A stretch of DNA of 64,000 bases, from NCBI GenBank assembly GCA_900088475.1, contig FLMG01003999.1, forward strand, positions 1 to 64,000, written 5' to 3'. Below the pieces are notes generated by a model. The model made no database searches. It was not told where the DNA came from and saw nothing but the letters and a program-made list of their open reading frames with translations. Below are positions 50,474-64,000 of this stretch, piece by piece (within the stretch, counting starts at the first letter, position 1; every line of letters starts with the position of its first letter). A program made the position numbers and the translations under genes. Origin of the DNA: Hyphochytrium catenoides. Lineage: Eukaryota; Protista; Hyphochytriomycota.

Positions 50474-51566
50474 GGTTGGTGCTGTTGAAGCCTTCCAGGC
50501 TCACTCTTCCACGGTGATCAAGTCGCTCTTTCCACTTATTAGCAAGATTGGCTTACTGTTGGCCGTATGATTGAGGACAACCCTTTCCAGCGATAGTGAG
50601 AACCTGGAAGGACCTCGCTCACTACGTCTGCTCAGTTCTCAACAACCCTCCACAAGCCAAGACCCCTTAGAGGCAGTGCTAATCTTCATTCACAGAGCCC
50701 ATCTATTCAAGGCACGGTAGTCTGGGGTCGACTGGAATCTCTGTGTGGCAGAGCTTGGAAGAGCATTAGAAGGCCATCAGACAGTAAGGGTGAAGGGCAA
50801 TCAATGACCAGCTCCACCACACAAACCTCTGATTTGGCTGGCTCTCATGTATGATTCCCGATATTACAAAGTATTGACGGGGATATATCAACCGAATCGT
50901 TTGATATTCTGGAATAAGTTATGATTCTGGGTTTGGCGCTTGTGTTAGAGCTGGAGAAAGGCGCACTTCTCCACGTGGAAGGACCCAGAGAATCAGATCT
51001 CTCCAATGATAACCGTTATTTTGTAAGTATCACATATTGTATAAGTGTATAAGTACACTTTTCAACAATAGTTTTTGGAATTAGATTTGCTATTGTGATG
51101 AGAAGACGAAGTTTACGCTTTGACTCGAAATGGATAATGGTTACTTGCTGCATAGGATTTAGGGGAGGATAGTTTGTAGTAGGAGTACGCTGCTGGAGTC
51201 ATCATTCAACCTTAAAGCTGCGTTGTCGCCGATCCGTGACCATGTTCAGTGGCTCCTTGTCTGAGTGCCATCCTTTGAATGGGCCACCATACCTTGCTGC
51301 GCAGCAACGCCATTCCGAACTTCATTAGCAAGTGCTCGTCAGATATGAGATGCAGGAGCTCATTACAATGTGTTATCAGAGGTGCTCTCGAGCGGTATGT
51401 TATATTTTACATAGAGATAACACTTCCTGCACAAGACAAAGAACGACGACAACAATAGACTTTGAGGCACAGTGATGCCCCCTGTCATACACATAATAAT
51501 GGCCACAGCGCAACACATTCGAGCATCTCTCTCCCTTTGTAAGCAAAGAGCAAAGGAGGAGAACCG

Positions 51567-52469
51567 CTACTCGGTCAAAAGCGGTCCTAGATGCTCCAGA
51601 AGGATGGCTTTGTAGGACGCCGTCGCAACGTCATCTGGATTCTGCTTCAATCGCAGATCGCATACTTGCAGCTCTGACTCTATTTTTGCTCTTTTGTTCG
51701 TGGACCTTGAGAGCTCCTTACGTGGAACCGCAGATGTTGCTGCCTTCCCTTCATCTCTCTCAGCCTGACCTTGTCGAGGTTGCAGCAGGCTGGGGGCCTC
51801 AAACAAGCTGCCTACAAATGGTTCTGGACCCAAGTCAGCCATAAAGCCCTCAAAGTCCGGCGGTATACCAAAAAATGCGCTTGAGTAATCAACCTCTTCC
51901 GTCACCGGCGGAGCGGTCTCTAATTTTCTCTTTTTGGAAGCCCCGTTTACGTCCAGAAGGGATTCAGTGGTTGTTGAGGCCGAAGGTGTAGCGCCTCCTC
52001 CAGATGTCATCAACTGTGACAGGCTTGTAAGAGACTGAGTTAGCTCCGCAACCTGCGTTTTCAGCGCCTCCACATCGCTTCGAAGCCTTTCCATTTCACT
52101 CTTGTCATCGTCGCTATAAGTCTTCCGTTTAATCTTGGAGAGAAGTTCCCGCTTTCCTCTTTGGAAGTACTCGTGCTTGAACTCCCACCATCCTGTTTCC
52201 TGCGTTTGATCCAGCTTGCCGCTGCTCAAGGTCCCAGTTTCGTCAGTCCGAAGCTTATGGAAACCATAGAAGTTCAGCTGTCTGACAAAGGAGCTAAACT
52301 TGCTGTGGCGGAAAAACTTAGGCAGCACAGTCTCTGAGAACTCCTTGGGTCTCTTGACAATGAAGGTTCTCCCGTCCTTCGTCCAGTCAACAATACCATC
52401 TGTCTCGGGAGCAGAGATGAGCTTGAAGGTTTTCTCTAGAAACGCTGAGACTACGCGACCACTAGGCAT
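51567..52469 (-). CDS. Heat-shock-factor-type transcription factor; intronless
   Basis: FLEKTFKLI...IVDWTKDGRTFIVK...VLPKFFRHSKFSSFVRQLNFYGFHK...WEFKHEYFQRG, followed by a short coiled coil. First ATG at 52469. Confidence 0.95.
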   Translation of the reverse strand: MPSGRVVSAFLEKTFKLISAPETDGIVDWTKDGRTFIVKRPKEFSETVLPKFFRHSKFSSFVRQLNFYGFHKLRTDETGTLSSGKLDQTQETGWWEFKHEYFQRGKRELLSKIKRKTYSDDDKSEMERLRSDVEALKTQVAELTQSLTSLSQLMTSGGGATPSASTTTESLLDVNGASKKRKLETAPPVTEEVDYSSAFFGIPPDFEGFMADLGPEPFVGSLFEAPSLLQPRQGQAERDEGKAATSAVPRKELSRSTNKRAKIESELQVCDLRLKQNPDDVATASYKAILLEHLGPLLTE

Positions 52470-55249
52470 CTTTTTGGTATCCGTCGGTCCAACAAGATTC
52501 GAAGTGGCGCCTTTAGCCTGTTGGGCTTGGCCTGTAAAGACTAGAAATGATAAAGGCGCAGACACGCGCAGATTGGGTGTCTTGCAGATGAAGGGTTGAG
52601 ATAGACGATTCAGCAGCAGAGACCAACTGTTCGCATACTCAACCTGGCTAGAGTTTGTGCTCTAAAGTCAGAGATGGACCCGCATCATCAAAAACCACTC
52701 TCTTCCACGCATCGACCGAGGAGATTGGCAATAACAAGTCTTCCTTTCGAGTTCTTGCAGCCATCAGCAACCTTGGCAACAAGGTGATGACGGTCGGAAG
52801 CTGGATAAACAAACCCCTTGACCGACCTGGCCTGGAGCCTGGAGGGATGATTGTTCTCCTGCTTGCTGTGGCAATGATCAGCCTCATCATCATAGATACG
52901 TCACTTGCTTCCCCTGCTCTCTATAAGGACAGCAGCGCCATCACTCTGCCGCTTTAGGGGTTCTCCACTCCAAAAGCGATTACCCTAGGGTTGTGATTCC
53001 CACATGTTCAGTCTTATTCTGAGATGCAGTATTTCATAGAGATATTTCGACCGGTAGCTACAGCTCTTTGATGACGTTAATCGGGGCACACCCATTAGGG
53101 CGAGTATATCTGGACAGGTAGACGTGGATGCGTCTATACCGGGGTGGGTAGGACCCACCCATCCTGGCTTGCTGGTCATGACAAGGTTATGGAAACCGAG
53201 TAAACCTTACTCAGGAGGGTCGGTCGGCACTGCTGGTGAGGTGTAAGCTAGAGTTAAACACGGGAAAGCCCTTACACTAACTTGATGGGGCGGGCGAATG
53301 CGTAGCTTTCCTACCTGCCCTTTTGGTGATGAGAGCAAGGGAGCGAAAGGGAAAATGTCGACATAGAGGGCTACGGAGTCCTCCATCCTCCTTCCAGCAC
53401 ACAGCAGAGCCACACGGAAAGATCTCAAGAAGCTAGGATGATTGTCAAGCTCCCTTCTTGATATTGAGAGAGGAGAGGCCTATGATGGAAACTGCAGGAG
53501 CGATGGAGCGATGCGGCGCAGCTTGTTGTTGGAGGTCCATCAGGCAGATTCACAGTAGAAAGAGGCTACTATCTATCTTCCACCAACAAGCATGGACGAC
53601 TAAAGGACGTTTTCATTCTTCTTCCCACATTAGTTCTAGCTCTCTTTGCGCGTTTATCCTTTACTAACTACTACTCCTATTTGATGTAGAACTAGCTGCG
53701 TGGATGGGTGTGACTCATCTTGAGTGCATGCTGTACTGAGACAAAAGTCCTTTAGCGGTGGCAAGAAGAAGGGGAACCACTAGAAGAAACAAAGTAGGGA
53801 GTAAACTACCCTTATTTTTTAGTAGTTCATTAGTAACGATCACATCCTGCTGCTGATAGTTCGTTCTTGTCCCCTCATTCATCCATGACCATTCTCAATT
53901 AGGGCCTTCGAAACGTCATGCGGACCGTATATTTATTTGCTTATTACAACTAGCTATCCTACTACACTACATATAACGGCGACTCAGAAGACGACGACGG
54001 ACCTACTACGAATCATAAAAGAGTGCGAACAATCCTCCATCTTCATTTTTATTTATCTTCTTGTTACAATAATGATACGCCGCCGCTCGTCGACTGACAC
54101 CACCAGCAGCAGCAGCTCTCCTTAAAAGACGAAGATCTGCTGCTGTGTTTAAAAGCTGGCTGCAAACTACCGCAGCAGTTGCTATTGTAGTGTTAACACA
54201 ACCGAACGAGAGCAGCCATAACAACATCATATCACTGTCGCCTTTTTTCTCTGCTGCTTGGTTTGAGGAGGAGGTACTTTTTTCTACTACTTTTCTCCCT
54301 TTGTTGGCGCTAGGTAGTAACAACCCATGATGCCCTAGTACTATAGGAGGAGGAACGCCGGGACGCAGCGAGCAACTCCCACATCATGCCGGGAGCTGAT
54401 AATACGTCTTGGCTTTATTTACGTCTTTGTTTCTTCACTCGGCCTACATCTCTATTCCCATAAACTCCTCGTCGTGCACTTGCTGTTATAGAGTTGAATT
54501 CTTTTGTTTTTGCTGCGTCGTGGCTTCCAGCAGACTACTTCTACTCCGAAAAATCTTACAACAACATCAATCTTCGTCAAAATTGTTGTAGCAAATGATG
54601 ATGCTTCACCGAGTAATCACCGAGCTATAATCCTAGCCCTATGCTAAACATCTCTAGTCTTTGCGCAAAATCTATAGTATTTATGAGGTAAGTGAAGGTC
54701 ACAGTTGGTTATTAGAGGACGCAAAACGCTTTATTTCAATGCAAAGGCACTAATGTTATGATGGGAGGATTGACAACAACAGTAGTCGTCGCCGTCATCA
54801 TCATCCTGATCATTGGTGCACTCTATACTCCTTCACCGCGTGCTCTTCGGAGGATCGTCTAGAGTCCATCACATCCACCACTAAAACAGCAGGCCAGCAG
54901 CGCCAGCTGACGGGAGAGATGGAGGAAGAAGGAAGGCAACAAGTGAGGAGCTACACCAGGCTAGTCATCATTATTCATCATCATCAATTATCATGGCAAG
55001 AGTTAGTAGGTAAAAGGCCCAGCGGCTAGGCGGTACCGGCTAGCGGTTTAGTTCTTCCTTCAGTATCACTCAGTACTACAACTGTACTACGGACTACGAA
55101 CGCACGGGAAATGTTCAGACGTCTTTTACTGCGAACTTCTGGTTTGGTTGTCCGCTTCACCTCTCTTCTAGGTCGCTAGAAACCGATACTTCTTCTGGGC
55201 AAAAAGAAGCAGCACATGATGCTGCTGCTGCTGCTCACGGTGATCAGAA

Positions 55250-56650
55250 CTCGGGAGCAAGAGCCTGCTATTGTCAGGAACACGGACGTGGAAGAGAGCC
55301 TCTTTATTTGTCCATCATCACCTGTCTCTGACTTTTCCACCAGTCTCACGTGTACCCTGGACTCCTCCTCCAAGCAACGCCAACAACCATGAAGTCAGGT
55401 AGTAGTTCCTAGGGAGGTCATCAATTATATTCTTAAGTGATGGCAAAGGGCTCCCTGCTGCGTCTGCTTGCTCGTTCACACTTTTCTAAAGCGTTTCTGA
55501 GGCGAGATGTGCACTCTCGAGAAGTTCCACCTTGTTCCAACTCCTTGCCGTAAGGATGACTTTTGTGGGACGGCCTTTCGCACGTCTTGGAAGTGTTGAA
55601 GCTGTTATATTTTGGTGCCCCGGTAAAGAACCATGCCACCTCGAAGGAGACCACACCTTTTCGATGATGCTGCCCTCAACCTACTAAACAAAAAGTCTAA
55701 GGCGGCGGAGCACATTCCCAAGAAGGTATCATATCTCGTTAGATCGGTTGCCTGCCCGCCGAAGGTACAGAGATTGACTCTCTCGGGCCCCTCCCTCAGC
55801 CGTCGACAACAGGAACACGAAGTCCACACCAGGATCGCATTTTCTCGGCAGACGTCAATCTTTACGGAGCGTTAGCGGAAGGGACTGGGCCCTTGATCAA
55901 GGGAACCCGTCGGGATAAAGAAGATGCGATTCTGTTATCAGATACCTACGCAGCGATTCTGCTTCTCCGAACCTACTTCGTAGACTATTATGAGCGTGGA
56001 AGCAGTTTGGCGCCATGCCCTGTTATCCTCCTGCATCAAATGTGTGAGCCCATGTTTATCTTCTTCACACTGTTTGTATCACACTTTTTAGAGTCTTCCT
56101 ATTACTCTTACTTATCTCCCCCAGTTCATTCATGGTCGCCCGTCCCCTTTCCCCCGTCCTGCAGCTAAGGTTGTCCTCGAAAATGGCTTTCCTCCCTCTC
56201 CTAACGTTCCATGGTCACCGAGACCTAGTGCAGCTAAACTCTCCTGTTCCTTCCTCTGCCGCCTCTTCTCCATGAATAGCTATGCTATCGTCAAGAATAG
56301 AACTGAGGTGGATCGCACTGTTGAGGACATGAGGCTTAATGGGCTGATCGTTACGTTGCATTTCCAAAGCAACCGGATGGACGCAGTAGTGCTGCTACAA
56401 GACTACTTAGCGCTGGTATGAGCTAAATCCCTGGAGTGACCGTTATGAAGAGATTCGAGTAGAGTAATGAGAACAAGACTCCAGAGGAGAACCGGGGTGG
56501 AAGTGAGCGTATAAATGAACATCGGGGAACAGGCGCAATGAGAATGAGTGCTTCGCAGGTGTGAAATGACAGGAAGGAGGGATGTACAGGAGTGAACGTC
56601 CGGGACACCATGAAGGCAATGTTGGTGGCAAACACAGATAATTGGCAAAA
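55250..56650 (-). mobile_element. Decayed hAT transposase relic
   Basis: Ordered remnants across frames: RIAA*VSDN (like TDNA), IIEKV..VAWFF...PK, LRQGVGTRWN, REPFAIT, YYLTS. Confidence 0.55.
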
Positions 56651-58639
56651 TTTAGTCTGCTGGGAGCTAAAGTCCGCTAGATGTCATTGACTCAGATCCG
56701 AGCACTCTTCCATCCATACTCCTTTATGCATTCCGGTCCAATCTAAACCCACCTTATTGTCCTTAAGGTTGACTCCCATCTTGAGATCCTCACTACGCAA
56801 TCGCAGCATGAGGAGAATCTTGGCAAGGCAGAAGCACGACGTCAAGCTTTGGAAGCCATTAGGGCTTATCGTACATGCATTCCATTATTCTTAGGACAAA
56901 CAAAGCTTGTTGGAGAGTTCATCCAAGAGGCTCTTAGCAGTGAGTTCCCAGCGGACTCATGCTTGACAGAAAGAACGGAGGCATTAGAGTAAGTGAAGAT
57001 CCAATATCGTTCGTCGTTGATGATGCTCATTGATACCTGTCAGTATTCTACAGAGATCTCGCTTTCTTATTCGGGATAACAGGGAGCTAAGCAGCTTAGG
57101 AGCTCCTACTTACTATTTAGCAGTACCGCAGGTTTGTTATGTCCCAGCGAGCAACTGTCTCCGCCTTCTACTTCGTCCATAAAACTGGAGAACATTTTTT
57201 ATTCCACTTGGTTCCTTCCGTTCGTCGGTCCCACTTAGACCTATAAACTAACCTAAAGGGTAGGTGGGAACTTTCCTTTCTAGCGCGCAGGCCGGGAGAA
57301 AGGAGTTGCTTCGGATCCTTAAGGTTAGGGTCACATTCTCTCTTTATCGCCATATACTTTCCCTTACGACACGGGGTTGGTTCAGAGAGCGCGCTTCCAC
57401 GAGGTTCTTTTGAAGGAATTGCTGAAGAGAAAGCTGAGTTCTTCCCATCTAGGGATGCTCTTTCACGTGCGAGAGGGGCTTGGGGCGGATCTCTTGATGG
57501 AGTAAGTGCCATGGAGCTCATGTCGCAGACCGCACCCTCGAACTCACTGAAGTCTCCGCCTATCAGGGTTGCAACGCCAAATGGAACCGTTATTAGGCTT
57601 GCTGAGGAAAAGTGATCCCTTCCGTAAGAAGGCCACCCTCGCCATATCTTACGTCCCTTGTCCCTTTCAATTATAGTATATCCTGCAGCGTAGCAAGTGC
57701 AGAGATATGGAAATGAAGCGCGGGACGAGGACCGTAGAGTGTGACCATATCCCTACCGAAGGCAGTACACGAAGGAGCAAATCTAGATGCGGTATTGTGC
57801 ACTAGGGAATGAGTTTTTGCAGTTCGCTGATCATAAAATGTGCTTTTGGGGCCTCCCAATCTGAAAAGCTGCTCTCAGCTACAGCTTGGGCTGGCTTCAC
57901 GTACCAGCCTATTCTCGGACTCAACCACACCTCGTCAGCTCCCTAGTACTTCCAGCTCTGCCGACGGCACGCACTTTTCATTGCGTAGCCACAATCCTTC
58001 GCAACAAAATCCCTATCATCTATTGCAACTTCCAATTTTCCTGGAAGGACGCTTTTCAAGTGTTCTGCAGTGCACCCTAGATTTCCTTTTCACTCTGTGG
58101 CCAGGCACAAAGTAACGATAGAGCAAATTATGGACTCTCAGAGAGCTCCGATAATTACGTGTAGATGGGACATCAGGGAAGTAACTTGACCAGCCAAAGA
58201 TCTGATGGTCTTCTGCCGTCTAGAGTGAGGTGTCAAGAGACGATTGGAGCTTTTGAGATTAGGTTTAGCTATTGTTAGCCCTGTCTCCACCCCTTCTGGC
58301 CCCAAAACTGAACTCCTTAGTTTAACCGTGCACGGGAAGAAAGATAACATCCCCCTGACGAAAGACAAAGATTAAATGGCGACCTTTCTTGCGACATCTG
58401 TAGTGATCTGTGACTCACCGAAGAGAAATTTATAGTGGATTCTCTGGAAGTGTGGACGTTATTCCAGATCTCTACCCATTGCTAATAGCGAGAAGAAAGG
58501 AGCAAGAGAGTCAACAAGGAGCAAAAGTCATAAGCCGAGTAAATCCCTGGTTCAATGATGAAGGCTACTTCTATGCACCTACCGCGCAAACACTCTGCTG
58601 AACTTCTCTCTGGCAGGAAAGACATTTGCTAAAATGGTG

Positions 58640-58920
58640 ACCCATAACACAACCTCTATGTGGACAAAAGTCATGCCGTGCTAAAGACTCGAAATGACAC
58701 GGCATCTCATTGTCTACCTACCTTCTCTGTGTACCGAGGACTTCGAGGCATTATTGATGACCCTGGGCGACCTAGGAAACCCTCAGCTGACTCCGGGCGA
58801 TGATGCTAGCGGAAAGAAGGAGGAATCGTGAGGTTAGTGCGGGAGTCGAATAGGGACCAGCATAGCAAAGTCATATGAGGTTAGAGCATTGGTACCCTGG
58901 TGAAAAAGTGGACTTCATTC
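58640..58920 (+). mobile_element. Probable diverged copy of the 55.3-55.6 kb relic, in inverted orientation
   Basis: Collinear shared words with the reverse complement of 55330-55570: acaaaagtcat, attgatgacc, ctaggaa, ctgact, ggagga, ctggtg(g/a)aaaagt. Confidence 0.35.
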
Positions 58921-59449
58921 GTGCGCCAGTCGGAGGACCTACAGAGGTGCCCTTCTCCTATCCCTATGGCTCCAACTGATTGCTCCCGTAGAGAGCTCTC
59001 GTCTTGATACGGTGTTCGTTGTCACTTGCATCCAGTGCGGCCCTGGACAGGATCTCAACAAGCTCCAGGGGGGAGGAGAATGACGGTACAGCCGCCCTCA
59101 GCTCTACAGCACTCTTAGCCTTGGTGTAGTAGAGCTGGAAGGAACAATGGGGAGGATCTCATCATTATTGGTACAGATGCGGATGCAGGAAGGTCCATCA
59201 TGATGTAGTGGATATAAAGAACAAGCTACCGGCCTCGTACCGATGCTCGTCCGTAGTGTCTTGCCATCGCCAAAGGCGGAAGACCCCCCTGACTGGCCTT
59301 ATGCCATTGACGGGAAGCTTTTGCTTCCGCTCGTACACATTGCTTGACTAGACATTTGCTAAGATTGAGAGTCAGCAATGAGTTTTGACATCACATAAGG
59401 ACTAAGGGCGGGAAGAGACAGCGCGCAACAGCATTCCATAAAGAAGAAG

Positions 59450-60700
59450 AGTTTCTTGAGGAAGAACCATTCAAAAAGACCATCGCACACAGGATACAAG
59501 CTGACTTGCCACGTACAGAGCTAATCGCTTAAGTGCCTGAGTATCCGCCTGTTCGAGCCAAGCTCTAGCCTCCGGAGAACGTCCTTGTTTATAGAGAGTC
59601 TGGATGGTCGGAGTCATACATGACATTAGTAAAGATGGAACAACGAAATGAAGTAGCATGGCATTAGGGTTACTACGGCTTTTGATGGTAGAGAAGTGAG
59701 GGGAATCACTTTCGCATACATCTCTGCTCCACCAATCAAGAACTGACGGACTGATCGGAAGGAGCGGTCGGTAAAGAGTTGCGTGTGTGAACACAGGTGG
59801 TATCTATCTTTTGTCGTACCTTCAGGTGTGTCACATAGAACATCATCATCAGCTCTTTCTCAATGATGATAGTAGGTTTCTTCATATCGCCATTATTTGT
59901 GCTTGACCAGGTGTCTCTTTCAAGTTCCCTAGCAAGAAGATATGCTTGTCTAGAGGTCAAGGGGAAGTGAATGGGTAATACGTGAAAGAAGTTGCGGGTT
60001 ACCTCTACTTGCAGATTAACGCCACCATCGTAATAACTCTACTTATTATTACCTGGCGTCTGACGCTGTCATGTCGCGGCGATATTCCCCCAAAAGACTT
60101 CTGGCTCTGCATCTCTCCCAGTAAAGTAGCCCAAGGACGCGTTGCCTCGACATCCACAACGCTTCTTCTTGTTCGTCGCTGGGTATCTTGGTAGTAAGAA
60201 TCTCAATACCTTCATTAAAGTGATCCTAGACGACGAACGGGTGCCGCAAAGAAGACCACCAAAAAGAATTCAAGAAGAAGGTGAGCATCACTCATGATAG
60301 GGAGCTTTGTTATGCTGCGATACTCTTCTTTTGTTGCCACCACAAGCAAGAAGCCTACCTTTGCCTGGCTGCACATCTGGTTGTGTGTCCGCGCGTGGTC
60401 GCCGCGACGAGCACTTTCTGCTATTAAAAGCAACTCACAACCAAGTTTGCGCTTATAGTCGGCTTCTGCGATAAGTTGTTCTATTTTACGCCGTCTCATA
60501 TGCCTTGATAAGGAGGAGGATGGAGAGTTTAATCTCACGTAATTTGATTGCTCTTTCTCTTCCTGTTCGTGCGTCTGTGGTGAACCCACTGTGTGGCATA
60601 GTTGACCTGGAGTAGTAGTTTTAGAAATGCCACCACAGATAGCCAAAGCGAAGCCCAGCAAGTGCTGACTTGACAGGTGAGGAATGAAAGGCATAAGGCT
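59450..60700 (-). mobile_element. Internally deleted hAT relic (BED finger to dimerization domain)
   Basis: BED-like QLCH...SSSLSRHMRR near 60500-60610. Dimerization-like SVLDWWS...TLYKQGR...ARAWL...TQAL near 59500-59750. Confidence 0.5.
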
Positions 60701-63016
60701 CTCCTGGACTTCACCTGTCAGTGATAAGACGTGTTAAGGGCATTTATGCCAAAAGTTGGGATTAGACGGAAGAAATGACGATGAGCAGGGAGAAGGTCGA
60801 GTATACCTTCGCCTAGGATTGCACAGACAACTTGTTAGAAGAACTGCGCAGGACTTCCTCCTCCTCTCTATCATCAACAGCAGACGAATGATGCAAGTCT
60901 GATATAACATTGTTCTCAACATTTTTGGGGGTTGGACCTTCTCTGGTGAGGCTCCTCATAGTGGACTCCGTGTCATCATCTACATCATAGGCCGTGATAG
61001 TTGTTGCGGTGGAATCATCACGTTGACCTCCATTCTTACTTCCAAAGTCTTCGCCATGTTGCCAATCCGAAGGTACATGTGTATAGTGGACAAAAGGAAC
61101 AACAGTAAGGCCAACCACGAAAATATGTATAATGCATCTGTTGCTAGACATTGACAAATGGTATGCAATGGTGGACGAATTACCAGTTTGGCCTAGTACG
61201 ATTGCACAGGAAGTCGACGGTACGTCCTTCTTCACTGGCTGATATTGAGGCACAGCAGACTCCATCCTTTCAGAAGGCACCGATGACAGCGAGTCTTGGT
61301 GAGCAGCCCCCACATTAAGCCTTGCAGCAAAAAATCCAGCAGTGCCTCTTTTCTACTGTGCGGAACAGGGCTCTGCCGTTTCTGCCAAAAAGGAATGTTG
61401 ACGGGTTAGTCCAAAAGCAGTCAGGGTCGCGCACAAGGCCTCAAAATAGGCACCTTAACCCTGGTTCTCTGCAGCGCGATAGAGTTCAATGTAGTCTTAA
61501 TTGGTGGTTGATCAACAGTTGTGGGTGGAGGTAGTACTTGGATTCGGCTCGCGAGTTGGCAGTCGTCAGATACGAAGCCGCTGCGAGCTCTTCCATTCCA
61601 AGTGTTCAAGAGCTTGAAGTTATCCAGATGCTTCATCCCGTCAGTAGTCCTCCTCTCGCTTTCTGCTGCGCACCTATTGCCTGTTGCCGAGTTGGGCTTT
61701 CCACAAGAACCGACTCTTTTCCAAGATAGCAGTGATGGAGGGGACATGTCATTCAGCTTTCCTAAAGCCAAAAAGCTCGGGGCTGGGCGAGTAGTCGTCT
61801 TTGGGAAGCCGGCGTTAGGTCTTTCTTTATTACCGTTGCCCCAAACTCGGCAAGGGAAATTGGTTGAGGTTGAGATCCAATTGAATGCGGCGTTTAACAT
61901 ATTGGCAGATGCAGCTCTGATGATCGATGACAACAAGTTGCCACAGGCCACTAATTAGTTGTCTCGTCAATGACCAATCACTTGTTTCTGTTAGACGTTT
62001 TTGTAGAATGGTGACTGCGGAGACGATAAGGAGAGCAATTACAGGCAGTGATTCGTGGGGGCGGCGCCCGGCTATATACGGACGGGGAACATTACAGGCA
62101 GCTTTATTACCGAGGCCAACGAAAGGTCCTCCCTGCTAGATTATTGATTGAAGAAAATGAGTCAGGAGCGAGAATGAGGGAAGAAGAGCACCACCACGCG
62201 GCTACTAAAGCACTCCCTATCGCTCAAGCTTGGCCTTGGCTTCAGAGTTTTAAAATGCTCACGCTGCCAACGCATTGTAAGGCACAGAACATTGTCCCAC
62301 GAACAAGAAGAGAAGAGCCGAAGCGAGCGACCTTTCCACGGATAGAAAATGCGGAAGAGAAGGCTCTTCATCAAATGTCATATGAGTGTGCAGGGGAACT
62401 GCTGAAGAGTCGCAAGAACACCCATGTAGCTCCCTAGCATCGGCTACATCCGTATCGTTTTGTTTCTTTGACGTATGTCAATCCTGTTGTTCCTCTCCTC
62501 TCCCTCCACCTCATATTCCTTGTGTGTGTCTTCCATCCCTCTGTCTCTCTCGTGGTATTATTACTCGCTCTCTGGTGTTCCCGTCCCCTCCCCCTGCCGC
62601 CAGCAATAAAACAGTAGTGGTAGATGCCGGTTGCAACTCCAACGACCGGTAGTAGAACTAGTAGTCACGGATGGTTTCTCTTCTTTCCGATGACATCTCC
62701 GCCAGCAGCCTCTAAACGGCTTCGTAGGTGTTAGTCCTTAGAGTCTGCGACACCACCACCACCAGCAGCAGTAGAACAATGGGCCCAGCGGGCAGCGCTG
62801 TACACCTAGGACTAAGAGTGCACGAAAAGGGGGGCTGAAGGATGGCCCCAGTGACCGCCCAGTGACGGCACTGGCAGAATAAAGCGCAACAACAACAACG
62901 AACAGCGGGTTTGGTCTCGGGTCTTCTCTATGAAGTGGTGGAGTACAACTCACCAACATTGCACATACACAATGTACACTACCGTTTTATAAAAGGCACG
63001 CTGTTGCATTATTGGA

Positions 63017-63285
63017 AGTAAGAGAAGAGAGAACAAGAGAAGAGAGAGACAGACAGGCAGACAATTCTTCGAGAGACAGCAACCGAGAGAAGAGAAGAAA
63101 AGAGGAGAGAAAAAGACGAGGAAGAGAGACAAATAGGCGGCAGACCGACGGGACAACACAGAGAATAGGAGGAGGAGAGAGGAGGAATAATAGAGGAGAC
63201 AAGACAAGAGAGAGGAGAGACAGGCGACAGATAGAAGTCTAGCAAAGAAAGAGAAAGAGGAAGAGAGGAGAAAGAGAGAGGGACA
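63017..63285. repeat. GA-rich low-complexity/degenerate microsatellite
   Basis: Strongly purine-biased gaga/aaga runs. Confidence 0.85.
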
Positions 63286-64000
63286 GAATCGTAGCAATTT
63301 AGTTAGTGTGCATTATTACCAGCAAAAGGAGCAGCGGAGGAGTGGCCATCCGAGGCGGAAGAAGGACGACTTTGCGGAAGGTGATGATAGAAGACTCTTC
63401 TCTTCTTTACTACTTTTTCATTTTACTATTACTGCTAATGGTAATCAAAGAAGGACGACGAGAACAGTCATTGCTCCTTCGACGGCAAGCTCGCTGTGAT
63501 GAGAAAGGTACAGAAAAGATCATCCCTCCTCCTAGTATGGTCATTCTTCCTCTTCTCGGAAGATAGTCGACACGAGGACTACAAGAAGTCCGGCAATTCA
63601 CATCTGCAATCTTCTTTTTCCTCAACACTGCCGCCATCCCGCAGTCCCAGTTAAAGCTGCTCCTTTCTTTATTCTCCATCTCCAACACTGTCGTGCTTGC
63701 GTCATTCCTTTCCTCCTAGTAGCTTCTTTATCACGAAAGGTCGTATCCTATTGCGCGCAGAAAAAAGTAATAGACCTTATCTTCTGCTGTCGACCTCGTA
63801 GATACAATTTTTCTTGGAGCAGCTCTTCTTCTCGCTTCCTTATTGTCGTTATTTATCGTTTCCTTACTAGTAGGTGGTAGCCTGCGGTAGATCATCAGGA
63901 GCCGCTATGATGCCCCAGCTCCTGCGAGGTTCAGAGCCCTCTGAGCTTTGCTACCAATAGGAGGCTTGGGTGCTATTGCTCAGTCAATCACAACGCCGTC

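Noticed and set aside
53142-53160. GGGTGGGT-agg-ACCCACCC hairpin
   Set aside because: An 8-bp stem is expected by chance in 64 kb; no supporting context.
62950-63297. Leu/Ser-rich and Arg/Glu-rich ORFs
   Set aside because: Translation artefacts of the GA-rich repeat.
1-64000. CRISPR arrays, rRNA, tRNA, operons or defence systems
   Set aside because: Eukaryotic intron-rich DNA; no repeat-spacer array or structural RNA gene of these types was seen.

Overview
Eukaryotic nuclear DNA, standard genetic code, about 50% GC, with GT-AG introns mostly 50-65 nt long. CFAP299 and IQUB indicate a flagellated protist; a SAR/stramenopile affinity is only an inference from protein style. From 0.8-29.7 kb and 36.7-50.5 kb the genes are tightly packed, often convergent with stop codons only 20-55 nt apart. 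In order they are: RCC1/IQ/WW protein, Vps39/TGFBRAP1-like, paraoxonase, SmB, a coiled-coil protein, proline iminopeptidase, CFAP299, a ubiquitin-SF3A2 fusion, UGDH, IQUB, NRAMP, FAH, a PPC-repeat/DOT1-like methyltransferase, a divergent ARL GTPase, a PhyH-like dioxygenase, DapB and SEC63. Two gene-poor zones (29.8-36.7 kb and 50.5-64 kb) hold an intronless secreted tyrosinase, an HSF and several decayed hAT transposase relics. The most notable items are: (1) splicing factor SF3A2 encoded behind an in-frame, divergent 76-aa ubiquitin with an intact LRLRGG|M junction; (2) a box C/D snoRNA candidate inside a SEC63 intron; (3) a PPC-repeat + DOT1-like methyltransferase fusion; (4) a bacterial-type DapB carrying an intron. 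Exon boundaries were read by eye and gene ends are approximate unless stated.
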